DNA from: Octopus sinensis
Taxonomy: Eukaryota
Assembly (NCBI RefSeq): GCF_006345805.1
Contig: NC_043003.1
Coordinates: forward strand, 59,458,001-59,522,000
Length of the DNA stretch: 64,000 nt
Direction: 5' to 3'
Numbering within the stretch: position 1 is the first letter of the stretch; each line of letters starts with the position of its first letter. A program made the position numbers and the translations under genes. The notes below the pieces were generated by a model. It worked only from the letters and a program-made list of their open reading frames with translations, searched no databases and was not told the origin of the DNA. This document shows positions 26,714 through 38,792 of this stretch, piece by piece.

Positions 26714-27706
26714 AAGAAAACTCACAGCTTATTTTGCTAGGTGTGATGGAAAGTGTTAGCTGTCTACAACCAGCAGGCTCTGGTGACACTTGTTTACTGG
26801 TCATGCTTCAAGAACCCAACGAAGAATTCTTGCAATTCCAAGCAATGCTAACTTTTGTAGGTGTTCTGCCTTCACACTTTTCAGCCATTCTGGTAGTTGA
26901 GTGCTGATACTTCCAAGTACACCAATGACCTTTGGTATCACTGCATCTCTCTTCATTGACCACAACATTCGTATTTCCCACTGCAAATCCTCATTGTTAT
27001 TTACATTTTCTTCTTCTTCTTTCACGGTAATCCTGTTGTCACCGGGGCATGCTATGTCGATTATCATACACGTTCTTTCATTTTCATTCATCACAACAAC
27101 GTCTGGTACTCGATGTCTAGTTGAATGATCGCACAGGATCATTGCATCCAACAGGATTTTGCAATTCTCATATTCGGTGACTCCTTCTCGAATTTACTCA
27201 TACCACGTCTCTGCTTTTTGTAGGCCGTGATTTCCAGAGAGCTTCCTGTGTATCATTCTTGCCACATTGTCAAGTCGTGTTTTGTATTCGCGCTGTACCA
27301 ATTTCGGGCATTCGCAAACGATGCGCCATTTTCTTTTACTTCTATGCTTTTTGTGGTTCATTTCCTGTTTAAATTTTTCTTTATTTATCCAATTTTCAGT
27401 GTTGAGGACGCCGGCCTTCGTGTGCTTTAACAGTGGCACCACGGAATTTTTATACATCATGCCAAGCTGTTTTCCTCTGCTTCGATACAGTGCTGGCAAC
27501 TGATCAAACCTATCCTTCCCTTTCTTCTAGGAAAGAACAGTCTACCAGTGTCATTCTTAGGGTGGGAAGGCTCCGTCTACTGTCAACATTTTTCTGGTCC
27601 ATTTTCTTCATTACTCTCATTTGCCATTTTGTAATTCGCACTTCATACCAAAGTGATGCTATCGCTCACGCTCTAACTGCTTTGATTTTATTCCATCCAG
27701 TCAATC
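26712..27706 (-). mobile_element. R4/Dong-like LINE (family 3), decayed 3' part
   Basis: CECPKLVQREYKTRLDNVARMIH; HRVPDVVV..CMIIDIACPGD; KLALLGIARILR; 3' UTR gacactttccatcacacctagcaaaataagctg shared with 56770-56807. Confidence 0.85.
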
Positions 27707-27758
<52 letters not shown>

Positions 27759-29350
27759 GAAAGAAGAAAGGCCTCAGTATGGCCTGGATTGACTACAAAA
27801 AGGCGTTTGATAGCATCTCCCACACATGGATCCTCGAAACACTAGCCATTAACAAAGTAGCACCAACAATCATAAAATTCATAGAGCACTCTATGAATAA
27901 ATGGCAAACAGTCCTACACCTCCAAACAAAAGAGGGACTCATGAAAACCGAAGACATCCCCATTAGGAGAGGAATATTCCAGGGAGACACGCTCTCTCCA
28001 CTCCTTTTCTGCTTGGCACTGTCACCTCTATCTGATATGCTAAATAGAACTGGATGCGGATATAAATGTTACGGCAAAACGATCAGCCACCTTTTATATA
28101 TGGATGACCTAAAACTATACGCTGCAAATGACAAGCAGCTGGAAACACTATTAAAGACAGTTCATGGATTTACCAAAGAAATAGATATGAAATTTGGATT
28201 AGAAAAATGCGCCAAAGTAACCATGAAAAGAGGAAAACTAGTTAAGAGTAACAACATCACACTAGATAAAACCAATGAAATAAAAGAATTAGACCGAAGC
28301 CAAACTTACAAATACTTAGGAATCCATGAACTAGACAAGACACAACAAACACAAATGAAAGAGAAAATAAAAAAAGAGTATTATAGACGAGTTAGATCAA
28401 TACTAAAAACAGAGCTCAATGCTAAAAACAAGATAATAGGTAGCAACACTTTAGCTGTCCCAGTTATAAGTTACAGCTACAATATCCTTAACTGGACACG
28501 AAATGAACTGTCCAAAATAGATAGGAAAACAAGAAAAATACTGACAGGATCTAGGATGCATCACCCAAAATCTGACATAGAAAGACTATATATACAACGT
28601 ATAGAAGGTGGTAGAGGCCTTATACAGCTGGAAAACTACTATAAAATAATCCCCATAGGACTGCAAAAATATCTAATTCAGAAGGAAGGAAAACTGATCC
28701 AGATAGCAGCAAAACACGAGCAAAACAAAAAAGGAAGCTGACAAATACAAACAAGAAATCATACCACCTAATAAACATGAAGAAGAAGAAGAAGATGATG
28801 AAGAAACAACAAAAGCTATAAAACAAATGAAATCCAAACTAAAACTAGAACAGCAAAGAACCATGATAAAACGATGGCAAGAAAAGCCCCTTCATGGTAA
28901 ATACTGCACTAAACTAAACGCAAAAGAAATAGACAAAGAAAAATCCCAGCAATGGTTGAGAAGCTCAGGACTCAAAGCAGAAACAGAGGGATTTTTAATT
29001 GCAGCACAAGACCAAAGCCTCCTCACCAGAAATTACCAAAAACATGTAATGAAAAGAAATATTACAAGTAACTGCAGAATATGTGGAGATGGACAAGAAA
29101 CAATAAATCATATTATCTCTAGCTGCCCAGTCCTGGCTAAGAAGGAATATATTCACAGACATGACATAGTTGGAACCTACATACATTGGAAGCTATGCCA
29201 ACATTATGGAATAACAACAGAAAAAAGATGGTATAGGCACACACCAGAAAAGGTGACAGAAAACGAGAAAGCAACCATACTCTGGGATATGCCGATACAC
29301 ACAGATAGAGAAGTTAAGGCCAACAGACCAGATATAGTTGTCAGAGATCA

Positions 29351-29353
<3 letters not shown>
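27759..29353 (+). mobile_element. R4/Dong-like LINE (family 2), truncated at both ends
   Basis: ORF 27779-28741 (WIDYKKAFDS, GIFQGDTLSPLLF, YMDDLKLY) and 28827-29357 (CRICGDGQETINHIISSC, RHD, NRPDIVV); begins and ends in (TAA)n. Confidence 0.92.
27779..28741 (+). CDS. Reverse transcriptase fragment of R4/Dong-like LINE
   Basis: 320 aa open frame with non-LTR RT motifs incl. YMDD; frameshift near 28730 before the zinc finger/RLE part. Confidence 0.85.
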   Translation: MAWIDYKKAFDSISHTWILETLAINKVAPTIIKFIEHSMNKWQTVLHLQTKEGLMKTEDIPIRRGIFQGDTLSPLLFCLALSPLSDMLNRTGCGYKCYGKTISHLLYMDDLKLYAANDKQLETLLKTVHGFTKEIDMKFGLEKCAKVTMKRGKLVKSNNITLDKTNEIKELDRSQTYKYLGIHELDKTQQTQMKEKIKKEYYRRVRSILKTELNAKNKIIGSNTLAVPVISYSYNILNWTRNELSKIDRKTRKILTGSRMHHPKSDIERLYIQRIEGGRGLIQLENYYKIIPIGLQKYLIQKEGKLIQIAAKHEQNKKGS

Positions 29354-29382
<29 letters not shown>

Positions 29383-29419
29383 TATTATTATTATTATTAT
29401 TATTATAATTATAATAATA

Positions 29420-29497
<78 letters not shown>

Positions 29498-29500
29498 TAC
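29354..29500. repeat. (TAA)n followed by (TTA)n, inverted microsatellite junction
   Basis: Direct reading. Confidence 0.9.
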
Positions 29501-29849
29501 CTAAATATTATACATACACATGTAGTAACGCTTTACAGTAAGGGACATTTTTGTGAGTTTATCCATGTATCCTTGTATCTACATATATAGATACATACAT
29601 ATATGAGTGTGTCTGTCTGTTTTTGTGTATGTATATATATGCATGTATAAATATGTATATGAACCATGGACTCTTCCATTGGAGATGACGTGTGCGTGTT
29701 TAGCTTTTGCCGAGCGACTTGTGTAAATGATATGTTTATTGTGATCATATGTCTGTGATCGCAGAACAATGTTAGATGAATTGTTTTTCTCATGTGCAAC
29801 TCCTTAATTAGATGTTCCAAGTGTTATTTAATACAGAAGCACACCAGAT

Positions 29850-30335
29850 CATCAATAGGACAAAATGATCCCTTAATAATGTCCTGTTATAGCTTGGCAA
29901 CTCAGAATGAAGCTATTCATTGCAACTGTTGAATCAGTGATGCTATATGATAGTGAAGCATGGACACTGACAAAGAAATGATGAAACGGGCCAAATGGAT
30001 GCTACACAAGGACGCAACGGATGGCCGTAAAAATGAAATGGCAGCATGTGACAAATGAATGCTTTTATGGAGACCTGTCGAAAGATACCGAGAAGGTCAG
30101 ACAAAGACGGGTGTGACTATCTACTGACTGCGTGCGCCACCCTGAATTCGAAGCATTCAAGTTAGTCTTGTGGAACCCACTTCATGGTGATGTAAGAAGA
30201 GAAGAACGTCGTTACACTTGCACCGAACACTTTATCGGTGATACTGGAATGTATCCGGATCCTCGAGGCAGTGATGGTGGACCGTGAAGTGTAGCGGGAA
30301 GACTTTGTTGCAGCAGCCAGGGTTAGAACCCAACC
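29850..30335 (+). mobile_element. RTE/RTEX-like LINE 3' fragment, decayed
   Basis: Frameshifted remnants KLFIATVESVMLYDSEAWTLTK, GCYTRTQRMAV, VRHPEFEAFKLVLWNPLHG, MVDREV typical of RTE-group C-termini. Confidence 0.7.
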
Positions 30336-33193
30336 ATAATAAATAATAATATTTCTGCATCAAAGCAGAGGTTGTAAATAACCCAGAATAGTGAAACGTT
30401 CGTAAGGGGAAAAAGAATATGAAACTGTTTTTCTCAAATTTCTCCTAATGTCGTCGATATAGTCGTCAGCGATGGCGGCATCATTATCTCATATCCGAGA
30501 ATTTAGTTTCTTCTTTGCTGAACGGTTCAAAGTGATGCTGTTCATGACGCCGTAGATCGGTTCATGCATGACAACGTTGGTGGAGGACGAAGCTGAGTTT
30601 GTCGAACCTTTGTGATTTAATGTTTGTGTGCGTGAAGGTGCTACTATGTTTGTGCGTTTGTGTGTATTATGTGTGTGTGTGTGTGTGTGTGTGTGGAGGG
30701 GTGTCTTGAATTAAGATGGGTGTCGGTGTGCTGAATGTTGACTGTCTACCTAGAATTTCGCTCAAATCTAGGCTATTTACGATTGTCAGGCAACCCAGAA
30801 CGAAACTCAGAGTAGACTGTCGACAGTTTATGTAACAGGCATGCCTATCCACACAGCACTGCGTATGAGTGTTCTAGATCAGTTAATGTTTGCTGTAAAG
30901 TTGATGTTGTTTAGATCCAGGTCGGGTCTATGCAAATAGATCTATAATAAAATGTTTTCCGGTCATGACTACCCTCTGCATATACCAGGGATTACATCAA
31001 GACTTGAAGTGTCGTGTAAGTAACATGATTTTTATTTAAAAAGATAGGTTGCAATTTATGAGAAATTGGTAGTTATTTCTAGCAGATTGACGTAGCTCTG
31101 GTTATTGTTTTTTTTTTGTTGTAATTTAGTACACTATTTACTATCTTAGTATTTAGTTTCGTCTTTCAGCGTTCGACTGCCGAATACTAAGCTTTACAAA
31201 ACACTCTACATATACACGCATTATGTAAATCATTATAATCATATACAATACAGTTTAGCCGCAAGTTTTGTCGGTTTCTTGTTTTAATTTTTTATTTTCA
31301 TTTTACTTATTTCTTTTTTCTCTAGACTATAAAACAAAGATTGTTAGAGAGACGCATCAATTTTCTGTAGCCAACAGATAAGCCGCTAAATAGCCATTAA
31401 ATATATATTTTCTCCTATAGTCACTAACGTTCTTACCCGCCACAAATCCTCTTTCACATCACTCATATATAATTCAAATCATTTAGAACCGTTCCCGTTA
31501 ATTGTGGTTAGGCGACTCTTGATTTTTTAGTTAACATCCTCAATGTAATCCACCTCTCACTACTTCATTATATCATTATAAAACACTTTTGTTATTATCA
31601 GCAGCACTCCTAATGGTCGTAGTACCTCGATAAAAACAAATTGATATTTGATCAGCCTTGAAGTCATTAACGCGAAACGAGTGTGTTACTACTATACCAA
31701 ATAATGGAGCTAATAACACTGAAACTTCCAGCAAAGATTTATCGCTTAGCGAGTAAGTGTCCTACAGAGAAGATGCAGCGAGGGTCTAAACATAATCCAA
31801 CAACTGATCCGAGGATTAGATGATAATGGTCTCAAGAAGATAATAGGATTGCTTTCGAGTGCTAATTTACATGTTCCCTAGGAAAATATGAATGAAGGCC
31901 AAAGAATGCACTACATATGGATTAACAAGAATTATTTCTGTTTTCTTTTCAGAGAATGTAAATTTGCAGTTACAACAAATTATATTTAGATAAAAAAAAA
32001 TAGTTGATTTTCTCAGAACGGAAACAGATGTTGCAACCAGAAAATGGCGATGTCGACGATGTCGTTTAGCCCCAGGTCAGTCTCGTCGTGAACATAGCAT
32101 TCGTATTTTTTTTATTTTGATATAGGACTACATTATCCAATGTCTCCTTAACTTTTGATACAATAGAATGTAATTTGCGGGAGAGATGATTGTTATTTCT
32201 AGTAGGTCTAGCAACCACGTAGTCCTCTTAGTTGGCATGCAAACATTGTATTATTATATAATATTTGCAGATAGAAACATTTTTATAATTAAAAAATATG
32301 ATACATTCAACATAGATCGAAACAAAGGCGCAGACATGGCTGGGTGGTCAAAAATTATTTTTTTAGCTATATGTTTTTAGGTTCGGTTCCACTGTGATGA
32401 ACCTCGGGTCAGTGGATTTCATTGTATCCACGTGTTTATATTTGTATCTAAAGGCTCTGCAGTCGGTGCTGGTTTCTTTATGTATTCATAACGTTATAGA
32501 TTCGGCAAAGAAGTAACGGTAGACTAATAAAATAGACTTAAAATTAGTATTGAGATTGAATTGAGCGAGTAAACATTTCATGTTAGTGCCTCAGCCTGGT
32601 TGCGGTCCAGTAACTGAAACCACTAGAAGAGTAATCATCATATGTGTAAAGTTTCAAATGGACTTAAAAAGCCTTCCAAAACTAAAGATGCAGGAATAAG
32701 TTCCTCTAATTTAGGGAGATTATAAAACGATTTAACAACAGAAACATTTAACTGTTCTAGGGTTATGTCACACAAATCATTTCTAAACTGAACGAGATGC
32801 TGCCGTACATAATTACCTAAGGCTAGAAAATATTAAATATGTTTATTCTATGCTTTTTTTCCACATTCCTTAATTTCAAATTCAAACTTCTAATCGTTTT
32901 AAAGTGATTATCTTCCCTCTACTAACTCTCTGCTGGGAACTCCGCGTGTTTCTCCCCTAATTAATATCAGTTTTCTGCTTCTTTTTACTTTTACGTAGAA
33001 TTTAGTCTTTTTAATAATAGTTATTATATTCTTCAGTATGGTCATGCCTTACCAGATTTACACAGACGTTTATATTGATTAAATCCATGAAAAAACGATC
33101 TCAACTTTTAAGTTGAAAACTGGGTAACAATTTTACTGCTGTAAAAATTAATTAAAGCGAATATGAAAAAAAAAAGTAAGAAAAATAACTGGA

Positions 33194-33415
33194 TACTGTA
33201 ATCCCTCGCCATATCGCGGTTCATCTATCACGGTTTATCATTTAAGCTCAAGTCGATTCCTCCGTGGTGTTTTTTTGCATTTATAATAAAATAAATATAT
33301 ACAAATGATAATAATAATTAAAAAAATTATGCAGTACAATACTGTTTTTACATCGCGGATTTTCACCCAACGCCGGGGGTTTTGGAACACCCGCAATAGT
33401 CGTGAGATGGCTGTA
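33194..33415. mobile_element. pogo/Tigger-like MITE, degenerate
   Basis: ta-ctgtaatccctcgccatatcgcgg ... ccgcaatagtcgtgagatggctg-ta imperfect TIRs with TA flanks. Confidence 0.5.
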
Positions 33416-33740
33416 TACTGAATAAATTAAAGTCTGGATTATATTGAAAGCAAAGAGTACATGTATATTTGCTCAAGCGTCTGCTCCTACTCCTTTACTA
33501 GTTTCAAGCTTCTGGTTGTGATGTTGATACCAAAGTATCACTGCAACTGTTAATATCCGGAAATATACATGGAAAACAATATCAGTTGAGGCTTTACAAA
33601 TTGTTAAAATGTTAAACGTCTCATAACTTGATGTTTTGAAAAAATTGTATATTCACTCGGAAACAAGAAAAAAAGCTGTATTTATTATGCACTTTTATAG
33701 AAACACCGGTTGAATATTCTATTGTATCATATTGTATATA

Positions 33741-34128
33741 GGCGTAGGAGTAACTGTGTGGTAAGTAGCTTGCTTACGAACTACATGGTTCCGGGTTCAG
33801 TCCCACTGCGTGGCATCTTGGGCTAGTGTCTTGTACTATAACCTCAGCCAACCAAAGTATTGTGAGTGGATTTGGTAGACGGAAACTGAAAGCCCGTCGT
33901 ATATATATATGCATGTATGTATGTATGTGTATATGTTTGTGTGTCTGTGTTTGTCCCCCCAATATCGCTTGACAAGTGTGTTTACGTCCCCGTAACTTAG
34001 CGGTTCGGTAAAAGAGAACGATAGAATAAGTACTAGGCTCACAAAGAATAAATCCTGGGGTCGATGTGCTCGCCTAAAGGCGGTGCTCCAGTATGGCCAT
34101 AGTCAAATGACTGAAACAAGTAAAAGAG
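33741..34128 (+). mobile_element. tRNA-derived SINE family B, full length
   Basis: ggcgtaggagtaactgtgtggtaag (A box), ccgggttcagtccc (B box), internal (TA/TG) microsatellite, tail ggcggtgctccagtatggcc..ctgaaacaagtaaaagag. Confidence 0.85.
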
Positions 34129-34564
34129 ATAGTAAAGTGTATAGGAGACAACATGATGATATTCAGCACTCTCCAAATTATTTAAAGAATTAGATATACA
34201 TTTTAAACTACGTTAACTCGGTAATTGTACATTTACCGGAGATAAGGTGAATAAGCAATTACTGAATAAATCACTCATAAAATCCCGAACGATTCTTGTT
34301 AATACTCATGCTCGGTAAAACGAATGAACGTGTAAATACCACTGGCCATAGGAAAGTAGAGGAGCAACGACCACAGTATACAGGTATTCTTAATTTTAAA
34401 AGACACGATGATACGTAGATAAACCAATTTTATAATTTACGAGAGACATAACGCCTGGCATACGTATAGAAATAATATTCGAACTGCTTTTACACTGTAC
34501 TACAGTTTGCTCGTACTGAACCTTCTCATACATGTATATACATACATGTGACCTCATGTGAGTC

Positions 34565-34760
34565 GTTGGTGATTTTTTCCCTCCGTCTTCCCGTCCTTGG
34601 ATCTTTCCTTTCTTCTATGTTTCTGACGAAGAGCTCCGCTCGAAACGTTAAATCATCCTTCTTTCCTTTCCTTTCCTGAGCGTCCAATAACACTATAATT
34701 GTTCCACGTCCTCGCGTTGTTGTGTTTTCTCTTTGTGTTTTCATGTTTGGATTAGCTATA
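34565..34760 (+). mobile_element. Hammerhead-bearing short repeat family HB
   Basis: Pyrimidine-rich leader, hammerhead 34617-34656, cctgagcg and gtcctcgcgttg motifs, ends in (TA)n. Confidence 0.75.
34617..34656 (+). ncRNA. Minimal type I hammerhead ribozyme, intact core
   Basis: atgttt-CTGACGA-a-gagc(tcc)gctc-GAAAC-GTT-aaatcat; palindromic ACGT stem III typical of Penelope-associated minimal hammerheads. Confidence 0.8.
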
Positions 34761-34829
34761 TATATATATATATGTGTGTGTGTGGTGTGTGTGTGTATGT
34801 ATGTATATATGATTAATTAATTTAAAGAT

Positions 34830-34995
34830 GGAGAAAAACACAAGAAAAAACAACGCGAGGACGAGGTGCATGAAAGGTTAGAATAAGATGCTCAGGGAAG
34901 GAAAGAAAGGGTGTTTTACGTTTCGAGCAAAGCTCTTATTCAGAAAAATGAGACAGAGGAAAGTCCAAAGGAAAAGGAAAACGGAGGAAAAACAT
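34830..34995 (-). mobile_element. Diverged family HB copy, inverted relative to 34565-34760
   Basis: Minus strand tttt-CTGAATA-a-gagc(ttt)gctc-GAAAC-GTA-aaa (34914-34947), then ccctgagc and gtcctcgcgttg. Confidence 0.7.
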
Positions 34996-36264
34996 CGGCT
35001 GCAATCTACATGTAGTTACATTTTGTAATCACGCGTGCGCGCGCACACACACATGTTTAGTGAATGAAAGTAACACTCCTATTCGGCACAATGGAAGAGC
35101 GTTTACGTTGTCATTCTATCTGCTAAAAATAGTAGCCAAATATGTTCTCTTTAACAATAAGCACCGCTGACTCGAGGCTAGACTACATCAGCAATAAAAA
35201 TATCAACACCGGCAACACCGTTATCATCTCTAGCAACAGCAACAGCAGCAGCAGTAACAGCGGCATTAGCAGCATCACAAGCAGCAGTGGCAGCAGCAAG
35301 TATCACTCGTCTTCTGTTAAAACCTCTTCATTATCCCATAGTGAATCATTTTTCCACCTCAGAATTTATGCAGTATTTCTCTTTTAATTAAGCTTTCTTC
35401 TGGAAAAAAATCTCAAGCCACACTATTAAATGAGTCGGAAGGGAATAATGGTCGAAGCAGGTATTTCAAGTTGTTAACTTCAGTTCTGATAGGGTGGCGG
35501 GGTGGCATAGAGTGGAGCAGGATGGATGTGGGTTTGAGTTGCTGTAGTTGGGGGTTTCCATTTAAGAGATCATGATCGTTGTAGCTTCCGACTTAAATGT
35601 CATATCATAGCCTTTTGATCTTTATTCAGTAGCAAACAACATTTCACCACATTCACTTTGTTCATAATAGCTGCTTATTCGAGTATTTTACGGCAAACAA
35701 TAGTGTCGCAATTAAAAACTTTTCGTAAAGTTATATCTTCGCTCTGAAGTATTATTGGATGACTTAAAGACATCTGATTACTTCTCCAGTGTTCAAATTC
35801 AGTGATTGGGCAGATTTTATTTTCGGTTCATTTCCGATGACACTTTATATTGCCTTTGATATGTTGTTTAAATTACACTGACATATTTTCCGATATGCCG
35901 AGAATTTAAATGATACCAATTTAAACACAATGTAATACAAAGTTGTTTTTCATTCACCCCAGTGATTCTTCGTGTCACAGCATATATAATAGGTTTGATA
36001 ACAATGTCGATATTAACGAATTGCCTGCGTTTTCATCCTTTCATCAGGCTGATTTGCAATTCAGTATGAGTGAGATGTTTCTTTCTATTATTTTGAATAT
36101 TCTGTTATTTTTATTATCCTTATTGTTCGAAATAAAAAGTGTGCAAGGCTAACGAGAATGTTCAGTGAAAACATTCGGAGACGTATTCATGATTAACAAA
36201 GATGTTTAATGTTAACGAGAGTATTCAGGGTTAAGAAAAGTGTGTAATTTTACCGTTTAATTTT

Positions 36265-36470
36265 CGTACAAGGCCAGAAGTTTCTAGGGGAAGTGAAAGT
36301 CGGTTACATTGACTCCAGTACTTGACCTGTACCATATTTTATTGACCCCCGAATGTGATGAAAACATAGTTGAACCTGCGAAATTTGAACTTAAAATGAA
36401 ACGAGGCGAAAGAAATTCTTATAAGAGTATTTTTCTTTCAATATCTCATGATTTTGTCCGCACTCCGCCT
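36265..36470 (-). mobile_element. SINE family A, degenerate
   Basis: caaggccagaag...gtcggttacattgactccagtacttgacc...gaaatttgaact. Confidence 0.55.
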
Positions 36471-36996
36471 AATATTTTTTAAATGAACAATTATTATGTG
36501 CTGTATATTTTAATTTTGTAATTATTTGAAATTCCAAGTGGGTTTCTCAAACAATTCTAGTGCTTATTTAGTGGGTCCATTATAATCTATAGGGCCTTGT
36601 GCCTAGATTAGAAAAGATTATAAGCTTCTATGACATTACCGCGTTACCGTCCTATAAATTTTTAAGATTGTTTCCAAAGACCTGGTTTTAAGAATAGAAT
36701 GCATTTTTAATGCATCATGTATAGATGATGTCAACAGTATATTACTCTCTTCAAACTAAGTAAAAAGGGATATTTTTCATTTTTTTTTTCATTTTTTTTC
36801 AGATCCTGTAGTGGCAGATAAAATGCTAACATAGGACATGCAGTCTTTGTTGTCAAACGTGCGGAACACAGTGTTTTAGAAATTCTAACTTTCTAAATGC
36901 TGCAAAATCTTTCGTATATAATGTTCAGATGGCATTAAAAACCTCGTGGAATGGGAGGGGCGCATTTCAACTGTATAAATGAGAAAAATATATACT

Positions 36997-37198
36997 TTTC
37001 TACACTAGGTACAAGGCCTGAAATTTTGGGGGACGGGGCCAGTCGATTAGATCGACACTAGTACACAACTGGTACTCAATTTATCGACCCCCAAAAGAGT
37101 GAAAGACAAAGTCGACCGGGGCAGAATTTGAACTCAGAACGTAAAGACTGCTAAGCATTTCTCCCGGAGTCCTAACTTTTATGCCAGCTCGCTACCTT
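36997..37198 (-). mobile_element. SINE family A monomer
   Basis: aggcctgaaattttggggg..gtcgattagatcgac..aaagtcgacc..gaatttgaactcagaacgt..gccagctcgc. Confidence 0.8.
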
Positions 37199-37269
37199 TA
37201 AGAGAAAAAAATGTATATATTGCTTTATTGCCCACACGGGTCTAAACACAGAGGGCACAAACAAGGATA

Positions 37270-37484
37270 TGTATACATTTGTGTCTGTGTTTGTCCCCCA
37301 ACATCATTTGACAACTGATGCTGGTGTGTTTATGACCCCGTAACTAAGCGGTTTGGCAAAAGAGACCAATGGAATAAGTACTAGGCTTACAAAATATAAA
37401 TCCAAGGGTCGATTTGCTCGACTAAAGGCAGTGCTCCAGCATGGCCACCATCAAAAGACTGAAACAAGTAAAAGAGGAAAAGAG
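37270..37484 (+). mobile_element. SINE family B 3' half
   Basis: gtgtctgtgtttgtcccc..ccccgtaactaagcggtttggcaaaagagacc..gtgctccagcatggcc..ctgaaacaagtaaaagag. Confidence 0.8.
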
Positions 37485-38188
37485 TAGTGATTTTGATTAG
37501 TGTAAGGAAAGACACGTTATGCCTCACATCATTCCACTGGGTCGGGGAATTGATGCTGGCAGATATGCTGGAGGTTATGGGGGCAGTTGTTAAACCCTAG
37601 GTGGAGGAAGTACGCTGCGAAACACTATACGTGTTTCAACAAAACTCAGTACTTTTCAGCAAAGCCCAAGTAATCCAAGAGTGAAGGTTAGACAATATTT
37701 ACGATCATTTATCGCAAAACTTGTGGACACTGAAAACACCAGATTTAAATCCACAAACTACTACATTTGGATCATTGTTTAAAGTGAGACTAATACACAT
37801 CCTCACAGTAAAATAGTTTCTTTAAAGGCTTACCTCGTCCAAGTAATGTCCTAAATGAGTAGGGATCATTTAATGCAGCCACGTCAACGTTTCCTGCCTC
37901 GTGTTTAAGTAGTCATCGAACCTGAAGGCGTATTCATAGGGTAAATCTCATAAGAAAGCTTATCGGGAATATTTGGTTATTGCTAGATTAGATTTGTTTT
38001 GTCATGTTATCAAATATGTCGTGAAATACCTCGCGCAACTCACAATCTTTGCACACACGCGCACGCGCGTAAATGCAAACGCTCGCCTGCGCACATGCAC
38101 ACACACACTCTCACACTCACAAAAACGTGCATACATGCTTACATATACATATATATATACATACATATATATATATATATGTGTATAT

Positions 38189-38238
<50 letters not shown>

Positions 38239-38684
38239 TATATATACATATATATACATATATGCATACATGTACGTATTGTGTAGAGAGAGAAAAAGGG
38301 GAGAGAGATTCTTTCTGAGAGAAAAGAAAGAGAAACAAAGTGATAGAGATAGATTGATAGCTTGATAAATGAATAGATCCCCGTCGGTTTCGAGGACGAT
38401 TATTCAATTGTGGCAACAAGTAAATAACCTGCTAATTAATTGGTGCGTTTAGTGGTTGAAAAAGAACGAAAATCTCATGGCGAATGCTACACTGTGTCAG
38501 AAAGCTTTACACACATTGTAATATGTTATGTATGTATGTATGTAGGTATGTATGTATGTGTGTGTATGTATGTATGTATCTATCTATTTGTCTATGTGTC
38601 TGTCTGTCTATCTATCTATCTATCATCTATCTATCTACGTATCTAACTATCTACATATCTATCTATCTCTATATTTATATATGC

Positions 38685-38689
38685 TAATG

Positions 38690-38781
<92 letters not shown>

Positions 38782-38792
38782 AATAATGATAA
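38685..38792. repeat. (TAA)n(TTA)n palindromic microsatellite
   Basis: Direct reading. Confidence 0.9.

Noticed and set aside
31656-31752. Possible plus-strand exon LKSLTRNECVTTIPNNGANNTETSSKDLSLS with GTAAGT donor
   Set aside because: Weak acceptor, no recognisable homology, no compatible neighbouring exon
35190-35390. Ala/Ser-rich frames from degenerate (GCA)n
   Set aside because: Low-complexity repeat bounded by stops; no splice support
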